A DNA stretch of 64,000 nt from Macrostomum lignano (Eukaryota): the NCBI GenBank assembly GCA_002269645.1, contig NIVC01000856.1:248001-312000 (forward strand), written 5' to 3'. Below, one piece after another: positions 59,317 through 64,000 of this stretch. Under the pieces are notes generated by a model. It did not search any database and was not told where the DNA came from. It saw only the letters and a program-made list of their open reading frames with translations. The position numbers and the translations under genes were made by a program. The stretch's first letter is position 1. The number at the start of each line of letters is the position of its first letter.

Positions 59317-60121
59317 AGCAAATTCTTCACCTCTGAAGCAGTTAGCATTGTGTAGCTTTTTAGATGCAAAAAGATTCAACTTTACTTTTCTTAGAAAATT
59401 TTCGATTAATTTTCATTCACAACTTTCGAGGTACTGTTAGTAGACTCGTTTGAATACTTACGAATTTTTTTCTGTTTTCGCACAAAATATAAAATAACCA
59501 AAGCTGCAAAATGCGGCTAATTCCAAATTGAATTTTGCTTTCACCTAAAAAATATTTTTCAAAGTGCTGAAGTAACTTTCATAACAGTGGAACCAATTAT
59601 AGAAAACAGTTGAAACCATTCCGTCTAATTATTTGAATTTAAAGCATTTCTATACCTCAATCTCAATTGACTTTCGAACTTGATGAATCTGTCAGAGAGT
59701 TCAAAGTACTCACTCATTTTCACATTTTGAGCATAATTAAAACTTGAATTTTATTTGACTAACTTTTGAGCAATTGTTGACTTGACTCAATGCATCTCGA
59801 AATCAATTTTGAAGAGTCTACAAAACTCAGTTCTCAAGCGGTCTGTTTGCGGCTGTAATGCACACACAGTTGATTTCTATTGTGTGAAAAAATTAACAGA
59901 GAATCACAACTCATCTGAGACAGACGAGTCTGATTGGAGATTGCTCAGACAGATCAATTCGATTGTTGAACTAGAGATAATTATAGAATAAATAAAATGA
60001 GTTGTTTTCGCTCTTCTGGCTGCTGAGCTGTGTGATGGAGAGTCTGACTTCCGTGAGTTACTTCATTGGAGAATTGATATTGGAGAGTGAGCTCCACAGT
60101 GAGGGGGTGAGGGATCTGGAC

Positions 60122-60296
<175 letters not shown>

Positions 60297-61589
60297 ATAA
60301 GTTTGAATAGAAATCGATGTAAAAATGGCAAGATTAATGAGAAATGGGCTTGAGAATTGATGCCTGACTGGAATTCATGTTAAGAGAAAGAGAAGCATCA
60401 CGCCCCCCCCCCACTCGAGAGCTCATTCCACTCCAATAGCAGGTTGGCTGTCAGCTGTAGACTGAATTTTAATAAAAAAATTTAAAAGACAATCGATTTC
60501 CATTCAAGTGTAAATTCTCACCTTTGTCAAGTAAATGCTGTTATACCCGTTTATATTATTTGTTATTCCTACAGATCCTTCCAATCGAGTAAATGCTTGG
60601 TGACTAAAATTCGAATCCCTTTGACCCAAGTGACTGGGAATAAATAAAATTCACAGACAGGTGACTAAATTAATTGCTCCAGATGAGTAGAGGACTAATT
60701 AATGGCATCGACTTGTCACTGCGCTGTCACGATCTTTTCCTTTAGCTTCGTGTTTATAGTTTTTTTTGGCTTCTAAAAGCGGAAATTAGGCAGTAGACAA
60801 CGGCTCGGGTGGAATGAATGAGTCCGTTGGGAAGAGCAGCAGGGCTGAGACATCTCGACTATAGAGTTAGATAAGATTCGAAGGCACCGTTTCCATAACA
60901 GATGTGCCGCTTCGGTGTGTGTGCGTCTGCGCCCCAGCATGAGCAAGGAGATCATCGACAAGAACCTAAAATGGATACTCCATGGTTCTGCTTCGCCTTG
61001 GCCAGAGTTTGTGGGGGGAGGGCGGGGGTCAACTTCCGGAGCTGGCCGGGGTTACGCTGTCGCTGGGATCGCAGGCAGCCAAAACTCCCCAAATTTTGTC
61101 TGCCTGCCAGTCCCCTCAGGGGGGTGGGGGCATTGGCACCCAAAAAGCGGCTCCCTGGTTTCAAATTTCATCCGCTCCGTCAAAAATAATAATATCACAG
61201 ATAGCGTGAGGATGTAAGCGCCGGGCGCAGGAAATCTAGCGACAGAACGGCGAGTATGGCCTGTGAAACAAAGACTTGAGAAGAGCAGATTCCCCGGAGA
61301 TTGCGATTGAGAAGGAATAAAGAGTCTGGCTGACTGATAAGCAACAGCAAGCTGGGAGTCATACTCTCCATCCATCTCTGCCGGGGGCTGGTCATGTCTT
61401 TGATTTTCCTGCCGCCTTCGATCTGCGCGGGGGTTCCGCTCCGGATGAGTCCGGATGCAGTGTGTCATTAACTAATCCATCGCTTAATAGGTCTTTTGCT
61501 CGCTTGTAGTATGGAAGCAGACAGGTGGTCTTTGTTCTTCAGATGGATAGCATTTGCTTTCTTCTTGTCTCCTTCTAACTGTCGTGGGG

Positions 61590-62200
61590 CAGCTCTCTAC
61601 TCTTCTGGCGCATCTCTCTAAATTTGGCACCTCTCTCTCTACAGCCTTAGCGTCTTTCTTTTCGGTTTTGGCGCTTCTCTCTCTTTCTCTCTCTACAGTT
61701 TTGGCGCCTTTTTCTCTACCGCTTTGGCGCCTCTCTCTACAGTTTTGGCGCCTCTCTCTACAGTTTTGGTGCTTCTCTCTACAGTTTTGGCGCCTCTCTC
61801 TCTACAGCCTTAGCGTCTTTCTTTTCAGTTTTGGCGCTTCTCTCTCTTTCTCTCTCTACAGTTTTGGCGCCTTATTCTCTACTGCTTTGGGGCCTCTCTA
61901 CAGTTTTGGCGCCTTTCTCTCTACAGTTTTGGCGCTTCTCTCTCTACAGTTTTGGCGCCTTTCTCTCTACAGTTTTGGCGCCTTTCTCTCTACAGTTTTG
62001 GCGCTTCTCTCTACAGTTTTGGCGCCTCTCTCTCTACAGTTTTGGCGCCTTTCTCTCTACAGTTTTGGCGCCTTTCTCTCTACAGTTTTGGCGCTTCTCT
62101 CTACAGTTTTGGCGCCTCTCTCTCTACAGTTTTGGCGCCTTTCTCTCTACAGTTTTGGCGCCTCTCCCTACAGTTTGGCGCCTTTCTCTCTACAGTTTCC
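61590..62200. repeat. 21-25-bp pyrimidine-rich minisatellite
   Basis: Unit ttttggcgcc(tt)tctctctacag. Confidence 0.92.
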
Positions 62201-62939
62201 TTTTTCTACTTTTATTGCAGAGAATTATTTACCTGATCAGTGCGACTTTCACATCGATTTGAATCATTTGGCCTGTCTAAACAGGCTTGGTCAATCATAG
62301 CGGTGTAACGCTGAACAGTTTGACAGTCAGGGCCTCGGGCGGATTTTTCCAACAACGCCGAGAGCCACAGCCGAGTCTCCTCAACCCCTGGAGCAAAACT
62401 ATCATCAGGTGTTAATTATAGAACAGACCAACCGTGGAACTGAGTGCTACTAAGTATATAAGTGAACTGGGGCTCCGCAATGTTTACTAAATAGAAATCC
62501 AATTCTCCAGTTTATCTGGGAGCTGCATTGCAGATCTTTTAGCCTTGAGAAGAGATGGCGATCAGAACTTAGGTGAGAGTGATTGTGCAAGGCTGAGATT
62601 GCAACGCTTCGATAGGCCCTGTTTAGTGTGAATAATTGATCTGATAAGGCAATATCAGTGGACACGGTCGTATTGATTAGACTCTTATCTGTTATCTGTG
62701 TCCCCTGTGTGTGTGATTGTTATGATCTCGGAGGCAAATATTGACTCACTTGGGCAGACTCAATTATTCTGAGTAAGCCCCCCCCCCCTGCAAACCAGTG
62801 TACAGGCGATAGACAAGAGACCATTTAAAAAAACAGAGACCTAGCACTCATATTTTAGAGCAGCAATTATACCTGTTTAATTATTTTGAATATGGCGTTT
62901 TTTGCTACTGACTTAAATTAGGGTCAGGTGTTGCGGGCG

Positions 62940-63392
62940 CCTGAAGGTCTGAGGGAAGTATTAGAGGCCCCCTGAAGGAGGTCTGAGGGAGGTATTAGAG
63001 GCTCACTGAAGGTCTGAGGGAGGTATTAGAGGCCCCCTGAAGGAGGTCTGAGGGAGGTATTAGAGGCTCACTGAAGGAGGTCTGAGGGAGGTATTAGAGG
63101 CTCACTGAAGGAGACCTGAGGGAGGTATTAGAGGCTCACTGAAAGAGATCTGAGGGAGGTACTAGAGGCTCACTGAAGGAGATCTGAGGGAGGTATTAGA
63201 GGCTCACTGAAGGAGACCTGAGGGAGGTATTAGAGGCTCACTGAAGGAGACCTGAGGGAGGTATTAGAGGCAGGCTCACTGAAGGAGCCCTGAAAGAGGT
63301 ATTAGGCTCACTGAAGGAGCCCTGAAGGAGGTATTAGAGACTCACTGAAGGAGATCTGAGGGAGGTATTAGAGGCCCCCTGAAGGAGACCTT
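62940..63392. repeat. 34-bp minisatellite
   Basis: Unit gaaggagatctgagggaggtattagaggctcact. Confidence 0.92.
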
Positions 63393-63814
63393 TTAGAGAC
63401 CACATCTGCTTGAAGTTCTGCTTGTCCGAAATTTTTTTGGCGTCCGTCCAAGAGCACAGCAGATCAGTGGGGAAATTGTGTTTACCGGTTCTTTACAGAG
63501 ACAAAGATATCCCGAATGCAGCTTGTAAAACAAGATAAGGCCGCCGTTAGGCCAAGGCATGGGAACAGAATTTCAGACATTTATCAATGAGCCGCTTCAT
63601 TCTTATCGGCGGGGTCTGGGTGGCTACTAGTACTACGTCAGAACAAGGAGCCTGCTTATTAAACAGTGTACAGGCTATAGGATATCCTTGAGTTGACTTC
63701 CTGAATTACTTTATTTTTTGTTTTGATCACAAGAGACAGCTGATATGCGTGGGTGGCCGCAGTTGCATTCTAAAGGTTACTGTACCATTATCTATGGATG
63801 TTCTATATGAAGAT

Positions 63815-64000
63815 AGAAGATATAAGCTAGAAGATAGAAGATAAATAATAGAAGGTAGAAGATAAAAGATAGAAGATAGAAGAAGAAGATAGATGGAAAA
63901 TAGAAAACAGAAGATAAAAGATAGAAGATAGATAGATGATAGAAGACAGAAGATAGAAAATAGAAGACAGAAGATAGAAGATAGAAGATAGAAGATAGAA
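63815..64000. repeat. (AGAAGAT)n degenerate microsatellite
   Basis: Direct inspection. Confidence 0.88.

Noticed and set aside
61554-62300. Hydrophobic multi-pass membrane protein ORF
   Set aside because: Translation of a pyrimidine-rich minisatellite.

Overview
Eukaryotic, intron-rich genomic DNA with canonical GT-AG introns, GC-rich exons and many minisatellites; the style suggests an invertebrate such as a Macrostomum-like flatworm, but the organism is only inferred. Many long ORFs in the supplied track are translations of tandem repeats, not genes. Spliced genes I could reconstruct by hand with consistent exon phases: the 5' half of a CYP2-clan cytochrome P450 (-, runs off the left end); a FAIM-domain coding region (-) that may be spliced onto a compact plakin-like gene (SH3-containing plakin domain plus plectin repeats, -); UBE2N/Ubc13 (-); phosphatidylserine synthase PTDSS2-like (+); an unknown coiled-coil gene (+); and an IR25a/IR8a-like ionotropic receptor with an apparently shortened amino-terminal domain (+). 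Mobile DNA: two tRNA-derived SINE families, a fold-back element, a 2.3-kb hAT-type element (8-bp TSD) carrying a nested MITE and a deleted mariner, a Ty3/gypsy-like LTR element with identical LTRs but no RT, and an 844-bp TSD-flanked insertion holding two copies of a conserved-motif, hairpin-rich module (candidate structured RNA). Almost every sizeable intron carries its own private minisatellite, several with splice-site-like motifs.
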